DNA of 64,000 bases. Source: Trichosphaerium sp. ATCC 40318 (taxonomy: Eukaryota > Protista > Tubulinea). The notes below the pieces were generated by a model that did no database searches, was not told the DNA's origin, and saw only the letters and a list, made by a program, of their open reading frames with translations. The stretch's first letter is position 1. Each line of letters opens with the position of its first letter. Positions 11,902 to 23,160 of this stretch are shown piece by piece. The DNA lies in contig JALMLS010000075.1 of assembly GCA_038496445.1 (NCBI GenBank), positions 1-64,000 on the forward strand, given 5' to 3'. The position numbers and the translations under genes were made by a program.

Positions 11902-13674
11902 GTGCAAGAATTTCACACAACTAATTTCTTGCGTGCGAAAAAAAGTGTACAAAGGGAAAAAGTGTTAATGTGTTTATCTACAAAAGGTCTTTTTCTTGCG
12001 CTTACAAGGGGCGTCTCAATGAGTTATTCAGTTTTCGCAGATATTCACTATCACCAACTGCTTCTGTTGTCTCCTCCTTTACAGGCGCTTGACCGACAGC
12101 GTCTTCAGTGGATACAAGGAGTAACTTACATAATTGTTGTGTCGCCTTTTTGGCCGCTTGTACATGGGTAATGGAACATCCTGCCTCGACGTAAATGACG
12201 CCATTAATCTCAGTTGTCTGCCCCGTATTTAATAAATAGGTGAAACAAAAAAAGGAACTACTTACCTTATCCTCGAGAAGTTTACGTTGATCGGCATCAA
12301 TGCATGCTTCAACTGCAGTTGGGATATAAGATATTGCATCAATAAACTCCATTGAGACGCCAGTTATATCCTAAGAGATACATGAGCATGTGCAAAAAAA
12401 AACTTAATACTTTTTGTTACATACATCGCTAAGCAGTTCTGATGTACCAATTAAAAACGTAGCGTAGTCCATTACTTGATAGAAGCATTAGATTTTTTTG
12501 TTCAATATGCTTAGCTAACGCTGTACCTTTTTCTTTCTTTGGCCTATTAGTACGGAAATACTCTGTAAGGCGGAGTAACAGCTCCACAGAAAGAGAACTC
12601 ATGCTAGCCAAACGGTAGGTACAAGAGTCACTCCTAACAATATTGTCAAAAACATGGAGTATTTAGCGAACTTACAATAGTTTTTGATGTGTTGCTACAA
12701 CCTTGAGAATATCTTCTGCAGAATTTGTGTTTGCTTTAGCCTCTTCTGGCGGTAAACGGTCAATGATCCCCTTAAAAATAGTAAGTCTTATCACCTTTTT
12801 TAAAGGCTTCGAGCCTATCATTAGCCACAATTGTACTATCAGATACGCATTGCTCTAACCTAGCTCTTTGTGCTTTTACTTTGTTGCCCTAACTCAAAGA
12901 AATTAGACAAAACGTTTTTGTGTTTGAAACACGTGCAGTATCAACTTCTGGCAAATCATCAGGTACTTCTTCATCATCGCGGTCATAAGCTTCTTGGATG
13001 ATTTTGATAAGATCTAAAATCAAAATCGAATGAATACAATTTATCAACCAATGACCAAAGAAAATAAAAATTGCAAAAAATAACTTTTATTACCCTAAGA
13101 CAAGAGCAACTGGTAAATTTACTGCTGCAGCAATTTCGGACGGTGTTGAATTGAGAGGCGAAGGTGGTAATACGCCCAAGGAACAGGAAGGCTCGATCTG
13201 ACTTAACGTTGTATTAAAAGTGCCACATTTTCTTGCGACGTGCTAAGTCATATTTTAGAGTTTGCTATAACTAGCTCAAATGACCAAAACGCCGAGAAGT
13301 ATTGTTACTGTAGTCGCTGAATTAGCTAACTTGTGCTGGTGCATAGCGACCAGATTGTACAGCTACTTTATGCGCTTGTTTACCCAACTCTGTCTCCTTC
13401 AATGTGTTTACGCTTTGCTATGTTGTTGTGTCAATGCAGGAGTCTGTTTAGGTTAAAATAGTACGTACCATGAGCAACGTGGCACCTGAACGAAAAACTG
13501 AAGCGCCTGTTTCCACTGCGCTATCAATAGTTTTGATGATTATCTGCGGATGTAGTTAGATAAAAGAGATGATGACATTTGACACATTTGTTACTAAATT
13601 GGAGACATTTTGAAAAAAAAAAATAAGTAAAACGCGTACGTCTTCTTCTGGCGCTAGTTCTCCGTTGGACCTTG
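10602..13674. repeat. Large inverted duplication: 10602-10938 pairs with 13340-13674 and 11265-11901 pairs with 12454-13090; ~550-bp spacer
   Basis: Near-identical reverse-complement blocks read directly; the segments between them are degraded copies of each other. Confidence 0.95.
12002..13674 (-). pseudogene. Second, 5'-less copy of the FAM114-like gene; carries the only copy of the 3' exons (12002-12453)
   Basis: C-terminal exons ...IYVEAGCSITHVQAAKKATQQLCKLLLVS... match the FAM114 C-terminus; no start exons; stop codon in degraded segment 13090-13340. Confidence 0.65.
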
Positions 13675-14059
13675 TAAAAAATTTTTTGTTTGCTGTTTTT
13701 TTTTTCTAATATCACGTGGTTAGGCAAACTAGACTCCGGCGCATACACAGAAGTATAGAAATAATACACTCTTGAGTGCTAATACTCGTTTTCTTGATAA
13801 ATTGATTTTCGCATCTACCGTTTCAGTTAAGAGTGTTGTCTAACGTTGTGCCTACTGTGTAACACAAACCCTAACTTGTCTTACCCCCAAACTACCACAG
13901 CATCAAATATTTATCATGGCTGCTGTGAGAACAGAACAAAACAAAGTCAACGCTTTTTCGTTTAAAGCAATTCGTCCCAATTGTAATTTTTCAAGTCTGC
14001 CTAAACGCAACCACCACCACCACCATTCTGCGGTACAATTAAGAAACAGCTCCAGCATA

Positions 14060-15084
14060 ATGGCGGATTTGGATTTTTCGCAGTTGAGCAACACGGAGGT
14101 GGGAAAGCTCTACGACAAGCTTGTAGGGACAGATGTGCCCTTGGAGGACGCAATGATTGCTGATTTACTTATTAAAAAAGCAATCGCCGCTCAGAATAAT
14201 ACCTACGAGAATACTGTATTCGACGCCTATGTTGATGACGGGTACCTTGTTTAAATGAAATAATTAACGATTAAGCATAATTTAAGTAAAAAGAGAACAA
14301 CAGCGCCCAATACGCGCTTTTTGAACAATTTACTGCGTAATACGATAGCTTCTAACAAAAAAGAGATGGCTAACGATAAACGAGGCACGGGATCCGTTTT
14401 TTTCAGTTATAATGGTAAATTTAGTTGATAAACGACGGTCGTCATCTCGTAGAGACAAACGCTCCGACAAAAAACGAAAACATAGACGTGACTCCATTGA
14501 TTATTCTCCGCCTTCCAAACGCCATAAAAAGAGTTACAGTGAGCGAAGCGAGCGAAGAAATAGCTCACCGTACGTATCCAAATAAAAATTCTGCATTGGC
14601 TGGTAATAAAGTCATAACACTACAATAATAGGGAGAGTTATAGCGCTGAACGGATAGAAGATAAACGCGAACCCTCTCCATCAATAGAGCCAGAAACAAA
14701 AGAACCAGAAGACAGGAAGCAACCTGAAGACAGGTATCCTGACTCCAAACGTGACAAGAAGCGGTTAAAGCGTGTTAAAAAAACGCGAATGAGAGGCCGT
14801 GGTGGTGTTGGTAAGCTTTTTATTTGGCGGAGGGTTTTTTTTCTGAAAATACATTAAACTGATACTTTTCGACAGGTCCAGTTGTTATGGATCAAGTGTT
14901 TGATATGCCGATCAATGGCGGCGTGGTTGGGCCCGTTGCTCCCGGTAGCGATGGGACTGTATCTCAGCGGATGTTGCTGACAATGTTGGAAGAGAAACAC
15001 AAGAAAGACAGAGAAAAGAAACGGCGCAAAAAAGAGCGCAAGAAGCAAAAGAAAAAAGATAAAGCAAGACGCAAAGATCGCTAA
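14060..15084 (+). CDS. Hypothetical basic/RS-rich nuclear protein with a PNTRFLNNLL motif (alternative start 13916)
   Basis: Spliced exons RTTAPNTRFLNNLLRNT, Arg/Ser/Lys-rich middle, MRGRGGVG-PVVMDQVF, Lys-rich tail. Confidence 0.65.
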
Positions 15085-15365
15085 AAAGGAACAAATGGGT
15101 TGACGGATTTTTAGCTTCACTGTATTTAATTTTTAAGCTGCAACGTATCAACCTCAAAAGAAGCAAAATTGTACATAAATATACTTGTAATTTTAGAAGC
15201 AAAATCTTGTATTCGTTCTCATAAACGTGAGGATAGTTGAAGAATAGTCTTTATTCTGGCCTACTATCATTCAACACCCGAATTTGTATATTTGGTCTTT
15301 AATAGTTTTGCACGTGATTAAAACCGGTTGACTAATCTATCCGTGTTGTCAATTTGGTACCAAAG

Positions 15366-16427
15366 TTATTTAACCATACCCATGCTCAAGACTAAAATAA
15401 AAAAGAAACAAATGGTAAAGATCATGAGTTCTGTGCAAGAAGTATCGCGCTTGTCATCCAGGTTGGACAATAGGTGGAAAGGTTCTGTGGGTTTGTATTC
15501 TGCATGTTTACGCCCTGTCAGTTGCAATCCTGTGTGTTTAGGCTCCATGGGTTTAGGTTCAATCACTGACTGGGTTTTATCTTTTTTTTGGTGCAATTCC
15601 GGTAGATTCAAATTTATTGTGGGCTTCTCAGTCTTTGAGCTGATTTCTGGCAGGTACAGATTCTTCCTTTGTGTTTCCTCTGGAGAAGCATAAAGAAGCT
15701 TCAAGCTTGACATTTGCTTGTGCAATTTTTCTTCTTCCTTCTTCGCTTCTGTGATATTATTGGTAACTGATTCCATCATTACACTCAATGCCTGTGCATA
15801 TTGTTTTGACTTTTCGTTTTGCTCATCGTAATCCTTGACCACGTTGTAGTTTTCTTCATTCATATGTGCTTTGAACTTGGCAAAGTTGCTAAGTGCGCGC
15901 ATGTTTTGTGCTTCGATGAGATGTTTTTGGAGATCGTCATACAAGCTTGACTGAAAGTTGTAACTACCCTTGAAATAAAATGAAGGATTCATGTTGGCAT
16001 CACCCATCGAGTACATTGCGTGATTTTCGAGCTGGAATAAGTACCTAACGGTCTCTGCGATACCGAACTTTACAATAACGCAGTACGGAGGCTTGAAGAT
16101 CATCACATTGGTATTTTTGAGACAAAATTGGTCTTTTTCGTTTTGTGCCATGGCTGTCACAAAGTGACAGAATATTTCCTCAAAGTCGTCTCTCAGCTCA
16201 CGTATTTCCTTCGTTATCTTGCGACAAAAGGCTTTGAGCTCTATCAGGGCGAGTGCCGGTCCGTGGTCGAGCATACAGATGCTTCTTGTTAACTTGTTCA
16301 ACACTGTTACCTCTAGCTCTTCGCCCGGCAAAATGAGGTCAGTTAGTTGTTTCATAGACGAATTATCGACTTCTTTTAACCGCTTGAGCCACGTGCGATT
16401 TTGTACAGTTAATTTGTTACTAGTCAT
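15366..16427 (-). CDS. Intronless hypothetical protein, coiled coil plus C-terminal TM helix (tail-anchored)
   Basis: 353-aa ORF ending LMIFTICFFFILVLSMGMVK. Confidence 0.75.
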   Translation of the reverse strand: MTSNKLTVQNRTWLKRLKEVDNSSMKQLTDLILPGEELEVTVLNKLTRSICMLDHGPALALIELKAFCRKITKEIRELRDDFEEIFCHFVTAMAQNEKDQFCLKNTNVMIFKPPYCVIVKFGIAETVRYLFQLENHAMYSMGDANMNPSFYFKGSYNFQSSLYDDLQKHLIEAQNMRALSNFAKFKAHMNEENYNVVKDYDEQNEKSKQYAQALSVMMESVTNNITEAKKEEEKLHKQMSSLKLLYASPEETQRKNLYLPEISSKTEKPTINLNLPELHQKKDKTQSVIEPKPMEPKHTGLQLTGRKHAEYKPTEPFHLLSNLDDKRDTSCTELMIFTICFFFILVLSMGMVK

Positions 16428-16694
16428 TCGGTTGGTGTGCTTTTTGACTTGTTAGGAACTAGATAAAACTTGTTGACTTAGGAACTAGAACGTTTTCTTT
16501 CAAGGAACGGAAAAGGTAAACAGTAGCAACGTATTTCAATCTAGTTTCCCAAACGAGGTTATTTGCAACTGGTTGATGAATGGCTAATTGATGGTACAAA
16601 GGGTCAAAAATAGTTGGTTCAACGGACTTATTTTGAAATTAGGTTATTTTCTCTACTCCAAGATACAGCAATTAGCTAAGTGTACTCCTACAAT

Positions 16695-17811
16695 ATGAAC
16701 ACAAGTTCCGAAGATGGTAGCTATGGTGACAGTTCAGAAACTTCATCGTCTGATGATTACGAAGGTTATTTTGATTTCAAACACAGCTTTGGTCGTAACA
16801 ACTGTTAGTGCCTGAGCAAATACGCACGTACAGAGAAACAGCAGAGGTAATAGACGAAACTAGTCCACTACACATATCTGCTCAAAAAGGTACCTTCTAC
16901 CCAACGTGGCGCTCATTTTAACATTTATACAGGGCACACAAAGTATTTACAAGTTTTATTGGACAACGGCGCTTTAGTGAACGCAAGAAACCAATGTACG
17001 TTAATTAGCGCACAAAAGGGCGAACAATTGTTCTCAAATTAGGGCGTAGATGGAAATACCCTTCTTCATCTTTGTGCAATGCATGGCCATTTAAAGTCTA
17101 TACAGCTACTTGTTGAGCGAAGAGCAAACGTAAAAGCGAGGAACAGGCACGGCATCAAAAAAAAATTACCAAATGTCACATAGTCAATTCTAACATCCTT
17201 GTCAGGTATGGTAACACCTTAATTCATTCGGCAGCTCTCAATGGACACGTAAAGACAATACTTTACCTATTGAAGCTTGGCCTTGAAATTGACGCCACAA
17301 ACAAAGCTGGAAGCACTCCTTTACACTACTCATGTACGATGGTGACCTTGTTGTCCTTTCTATATTTTATATTCACTCTATTCTTCAGCTATGATGGGCC
17401 GTAGTAACTGTATGAAACTTTTACTAGAACTAGGCGCCGATCCTCGTACGTTCAATAGTCTCTTGGTCGAGACGTTAACTGTTTTATTATGTCACAGGCA
17501 AAAAAAATATCACTGGCTCTACACCGCTACATGCAGCTGCTCTCAATGGTCAAGGAGAATGCATGAAAATTCTTATCGACAAAGGTGCATAATATACTCG
17601 TCATGAAGTTGTTTACACGTCTAAAAAGGTGCTGATCCAACCGAGAAGAACCTTTATCACTACGCTTGCAAGGACTATGCAGGTTCTAAAAACAGGGGCC
17701 ATTCGCCAATCTTCAACCATGTTTCGACAATAGAGTACGTTCATTCATTGCAGTATTAATTCCGTGTCATATGTGATTATTTATTATTTAATTAGTGCCG
17801 ATGAGTTTTAA
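16695..17811 (+). CDS. Ankyrin-repeat protein
   Basis: SPLHISAQKGH, ARNQYGNTLLHLCAMHGH, ARNRYGNTLIHSAALNGH, GSTPLHAAALNG. Confidence 0.9.
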
Positions 17812-18149
17812 AAAGAAGAGTTGATTGCAATCGGTAATCTATTTGAATTGTATAAAGTATTATTATGGCTCTATTGAACCATACGCAAAACAGATAAGCA
17901 CGTAGTGCTTTTATGATATATCTTGCATATATTACAAAGCCACGGTTTTTTTAAGAGTTCTCAAGGAAAAAAAACGGTTGGTAAACTCAAGTTTTTTTTC
18001 TGAATAAAGTTTTGTTGGAGTTGCGGCTTAATTAAAACAAAAAAAACACGAATTTATGAACGTGATAGTACATCTCTACCTATTGTGGGTATGACAGATC
18101 TATCTAGTGTTACGTCACATCGCGTTTTACGTATTTGAATTACTTTACA

Positions 18150-19233
18150 ATGGATGATATGAATAACACCACTAATGGCACAGCACCAACGTTTACGCCG
18201 TTTATACCCGGTACAACGCTTGGTTTGACAGATTTTGTTTCAATTGTGATTGCTGGGTTGCTAGGTGTACGTCTAGATGTGCGTATGGGTTTGTGTATTG
18301 TAATACAACGTTTAGGTTGTCATTATATTCTTAATGTGTATTTATCGTTACAGAAAGCGTTACGTTCGCATTTCCAAAATTCCTAGAGCATACATACCAC
18401 CATTCAGACCCGGTAAAACAAAGCTACCTTCCGTGCGTCATGTAACGCTACATGCTCTCACACATGATACAGGAGATGGTAAGGAGCATTCTTGAGGCGT
18501 TTAAAACATCCTTGTCAGCGTCCAGTGAACCTGACGTTACAGAGTTTGATGTAGACTTTGGGTGGGGTTTACCAGGTTAGCGTACGGTCCATAGTGAATA
18601 CTTATCATCATAGGCTCAAAATATGCTAATGTACATTTCCGCACGTCAATAGCCAAATCTCATGTCATTTTGGGTACAGTCTTGGCATTAATATCACCCG
18701 TCCTTACACGTAAATATAGAAGCTGCAGCTACTCACAAGAATAAGCATCTTGTACGACAGCCCACAATGACAATACGTGATTACGTACAATTCTTGATGG
18801 ACTCTGATGACGTGCGTGCTGTCATTTTATTTTCAGCCTTGTGGTGTTCTTATTCTTTGATTAGACACTCAGAGCTAACGCTAAACATTGCAATTACTAC
18901 GTAGAGATGCATGAGAGGGCTACATATGGTAGAGAAGATTTTACACAAAAAGAGTTTTCAACGTTTATGAATCACGTCAAGTATATGCTACAAGCATTTG
19001 AAGATGATTCGAGCGCTCAAAAATCACATAAGAGAAGTATGAAAAAACAAAAAGACAAAGATAAGAGCGAGACAACAACAAGACAGAAAAAACCACGAAA
19101 GAAGAAAAAAACAAAAAATGTAGAGCAGATAGATGTTGATGTTCCAAAGTCAGAATATACTCTTTACTCGTATTCGTTGTTGCTCAATTTAGAAATACCT
19201 CAAACTTTAGTTCTTACACCATACGGAGCATGA
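18150..19233 (+). CDS. Single-pass membrane protein, C1orf43/NICE-3-like (3' end approximate)
   Basis: N-terminal TM FVSIVIAGLLGVVIIFLMCIY, later YVEMHERATYGREDFTQKEF (resembles the NICE-3 Y-x-x-ARYG...F-x-x-x-EY motif). Confidence 0.55.
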
Positions 19234-19492
19234 GGGACCTAACCGAACCGCATAAGTGTTAGTGTCAGTCAAAAAACAAGATCTTACTTTTCCATATTTT
19301 ACTTAAAGCACAGTGTATTGTTGCACCATATGCTCTAGAGTATCAGTCACCACTTGTGTTAGTTTTTGATATTTGCTTACAATTTGAATGCTTTGGTTAT
19401 TTAACGACACAACTCAACTTAGACATTGCACAAGTTGGTAAAGTTTATAGTTACAATCTGAATACATTTCATTGAAAAGGTCTCCTTTGTTT

Positions 19493-19858
19493 TTAATCGG
19501 AGTTGCCAGGTGTAGACTCTTTTGAGGCAATTAGTTGTGCAATTTCTTCTTTTGTAGCAGTCGGCCAACCACTCCTCATTGAAACACCTGATGGGTGCAG
19601 TCTTCGTATACTGACCGTACATATGGAATCCTTCTCTACAGAGCCGCAACAGTCATAAACATATCCTTGTAACGCATTAGGAGTTTGAAAATTGTTGTTT
19701 GGTTAACGGTGTAGTCTCTATATTGTTTAAGGACTTGAAAATGATGTTGTTAATGTAAAAGAAAGTGTACCGCCTCTGTTACAGAAACCACCACCATATC
19801 TCATGCACTGGCAATCGTCGTCATGAAAACGCCAAGAGCTAGTGTGTTTAATCGACAT
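19493..19858 (-). CDS. Small Cys/His-rich putative zinc-binding protein (~86 aa, 2 exons)
   Basis: MSIKHTSSWRFHDDDCQCMRYGGGFCNRG joined through a GT-AG intron to GYVYDCCGSVEKDSIC...GNSD*. Confidence 0.65.
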
Positions 19859-19964
19859 TTTGTTTGGTATTTTTGTAAACAGTGACCGTTTTTGACATTT
19901 CTCGTTTTAAGTCAGCTGTCATTTTTCCGCACGCGGCCAATAGAACCTAGCATTTGTCTATATA
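19859..19964. promoter_or_regulatory. Compact bidirectional promoter with CCAAT and TATA-like elements
   Basis: ~106 bp between divergent ATGs, containing GCGGCCAATAG and CTATATAA. Confidence 0.45.
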
Positions 19965-20998
19965 ATGGTGCGTGTATTGTGGAATTCCCACAACTCAGTG
20001 TTTGTACGTATACGTTAATTTTTGTTTAACAGGACGAAGATGCCATACCGCCAGCGCCGCGATATTGTCATAGGGTTTCAGTAGCTGAGTATGAGCGCGA
20101 AGCAGTCGAATTTACGCGATTGGCTAAACAGGAGCTCATACACAAGCCTGAATACTTGAGGTTTATGCATGAGAGGCGTAGAGTGAATCCTCAAGTGGAA
20201 AGGTCCTACTTACCAACAATTTTCAAGTACGACATTAAAACAATCCTTCCATGTTACTTGTAATACCTTTTCAACGCGTAAAAAATAATTAACCCGTTAC
20301 AAACGTGTTATCTTCAAAACAATGATTATTCGCTTATTGTTTTCTTTACAGATGGATTATCTTGACTTTCTCTGTGTCCTGCTTTCTTTTATGGTTCTTT
20401 TTACGTTCCCATGAGCACCTTCAATACAGAGAAACACATTCTGCCGCTCTGGAAGAATTACTGAAAAATCAAACAAGAGTAATCTCAAAACTACAAGAAA
20501 AAGCCGCTTACTTGCAATATAAAGCACATAAGTTCTTATCTCCAAAACATTTGGTAGCACTGGACCGTGTCAAACGTAATGAGAGCCGTATTTCCCGACA
20601 AAAGTATCTTGTGACCTATGAACTGAGAAGAAGAAATGCCGACATGCATATTTATTTCTCTCTTTACTTTAAAGAGCACTATGAAAGCGTATGGTATTGG
20701 GGCACTTTCAATGTTGTATTTTGGATACTAGGTATTGAGGACTACGCACTTACACAGGTATGTCTTGCAGGTCGCTCCTCACCATTCTTGGTTTATTCTT
20801 GCTTATGATTTTTATTAGCTTGTTTATTTGATTGTTGCGCCACATCAATTGCTTGTTGTTCTATTCATATGGGTGACTGTTATACTCCCTATAAAGATGC
20901 TTATTGACTTGCCTATATTATTTATGTTGTACACTGGGATAGGTGGCACGATATCTTTTTATGGTATCTTTGTAGTATGCCTTTTTGGCTTCATGTAA
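19965..20998 (+). CDS. Multi-pass membrane protein with an N-terminal NEMP/TMEM194-like motif
   Basis: VSVAEYEREAVEFTRLAKQELIHKPEY followed by several hydrophobic helices; 4 exons join in frame. Confidence 0.6.
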
Positions 20999-21318
20999 AA
21001 AAAAAACGAATAAAAAAAAGTAAAAGACATGTAGTTTCCCTGGTTTCCAAAAGGAAAGAAAACGGTAACAATGAAACTACCAAGAACGTCAAGTCGCAAA
21101 CTTGGAAAAGCTCAGTAGTTTTTGGCAACATGTTTACTTCACGAGGAACCTACCCATAAGTTTCGTGGCAGTACAAAATCTTAGGTAAAATCCTTTGGAT
21201 TACCGGTCATCTACCCACGAAATTCACGCTACTACCATGTTCTCAAAGATGAGTGTAAAGGTACAGGTTGAAATAAAATAGTACAAAAGACCAGTAGGTT
21301 ATAAATAATATTTACATT

Positions 21319-23160
21319 TTATTGGTTGTTTGTATGTACATCATTCCAACTAATTTTGAAAATAAAATATTTCGGATCGTTAGTGATTGTCACTTCATCA
21401 CGTAACCCAATTATATCTGTTGTCTTCGCTTTTGAGTACTCTTGCTTTTCAGAAATTTTAAAATCTTTCTCTCTAAACGTCTCAATCAAGATATCTCGAA
21501 TCTCCTACAAGAAACAAGTAAGAAAAAAAGAACAAAGAAAAACCAAGGAAAACAAAGGCGCCTTGGTTTTATTCTTCGGCCTGAGAAGACACGTTGCAAA
21601 AATCATCTTAAGGTATTTAAGATATGTGGTTGTTGTATCACGTGCATGATTAGTAAATACTAATGCATTGCAGTCACAGCACAATGAAAAACAGTTGCAG
21701 AACAGAAAGAAAAGGTGGTTCAAAATCCAAAGGTTAAATATGCTTGGGTTAGCGTTGGAGTTGTGTACGTACAGCAATCGAGATTATGTTGAATATTTCA
21801 CGTGGTGTAGACTCTGTATAATGCAATGGGGAGAAGAAAGTAATTGTACTAGAGTTGTGACCTTTGAGTGCACGATCACGTACTCTCTTGGCCATTATAT
21901 CAAGAATCATAACCTATACATCAATTAGACAACAAACGTGAATAAATACAACTCCTTAGCCACAAATCCTCAAAAGAAACCAAAAAAAAACAGCACAAAA
22001 AAATATAAAAGATGACGTACAAGAGTTCCGTGGTGCTCTGATAATAATTTCAGTCTTGTAATTTTTTTGTATTCTGTTGCAGGAGCAATACGTGATTTAT
22101 AATTCATTTTCATTAATTCCATAGAAATACGTTTGTTACGCTCATCATCATCAACATTTGCTGTCCATGGTATTTGAAAGAACTTGCACTCTTCTCGAAG
22201 TAATTTCTTTGGTATTTTAGTAGACTCTGACCAATATAATGCACCTAAAGGCGAACGACACAAAAAATGAGTACAAGAATGAATGAAGAAACAAACCAGT
22301 TTTTTTTGGATTTTTGTTTGACAAGCACGTGTGCTTGAGTAAAATGTTCCAGGTGAGTAAGAACTCTACCTGGAGTTATTTTTTATCAATGGTGTGAACC
22401 GCAAGTTGAAAACGCTAGTGTTCTGGAAGAGTAGTGCTTTGATTTAACAGACGGATTGAACAGCAAAAAAAAAACAAAAAAAAATTCAAAAAAAATGTAC
22501 CTGTCCTGTAGAAGTCTAGGATAAGCTCGAAACACCTCGGGTTTCTATCAAAGAACACTGTTTCTTTATCATTCTCAGCCAATAGCTTTCGATTGCGCGG
22601 TTGAAACATTGTACCGAGCAATGTGTCTGGGTACTTTATAAGAGAGCTAGCGTACGTTTCAAATATGTAAGGATAGTTAAGGAGTTGTAAAAATGTCAAA
22701 TAGAGTGTTAATGCATGTTGGCTGTTAAAAAGGATATTTTACCACCAACGTTTATTTTAACGCGTTCGTCTGTTTTAGCCATGTTGGCAATCTGTTCGAC
22801 CTGTTTGTTGACCTGCTCGGTATCATGTTTGGCTATTTTAGAAGTTAATTCCAAAATGTCATCTACACGCTATGTATACGTACAGCGGCTGCGTTTGTGA
22901 GAGTGTCGCTTCTTTTTTTTGGGTTTACGTGTAGGGCCAATGCGTTGTACTTTAGGTACGTCTCGCGTCCTTATCTTCTCTGAGCTGTCCTTTCTCCGCG
23001 ATGACGGTTCTGAACTGTAAAAACTGTACGCATGCAGTTTCTCAGACACTTGCTCTATAGAGAGCTCACTACGGCGTCCCAGTTGCTCTTTGAATGACTC
23101 AATGTCGTTAGAGGATATAAGGGATCCAGAATTCTCTTCCAAGTCCTCACTGCTGCTCAT
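21319..23160 (-). CDS. BTB/POZ (KCTD/T1-type) domain protein
   Basis: ERVKINVGGK/IFETYASSLIKYPDTLLGTMF...VFFDRNPRCFELILDFYRTG...REECKFFQI. Confidence 0.92.
22667..22737 (-). other. U12-type (minor spliceosome) AT-AC intron, 71 nt
   Basis: 5' ATATCCTTT, branch TCCTTAAC close to the 3' end, 3' TAC; removal restores INVGGK-IFET in frame. Confidence 0.9.

Noticed and set aside
12752-12800. Ultra-short 24-nt intron in the right FAM114 copy
   Set aside because: It lies in a patch where the two arms disagree and the sequence may be unreliable.
13096-13201. Apparent plus-strand terminal exon (TRATGKFTAAAISDG...) inside the right repeat arm
   Set aside because: The segment aligns loosely, in reverse complement, to 10939-11264, so it is a degraded copy of the FAM114 exons rather than a captured foreign exon.
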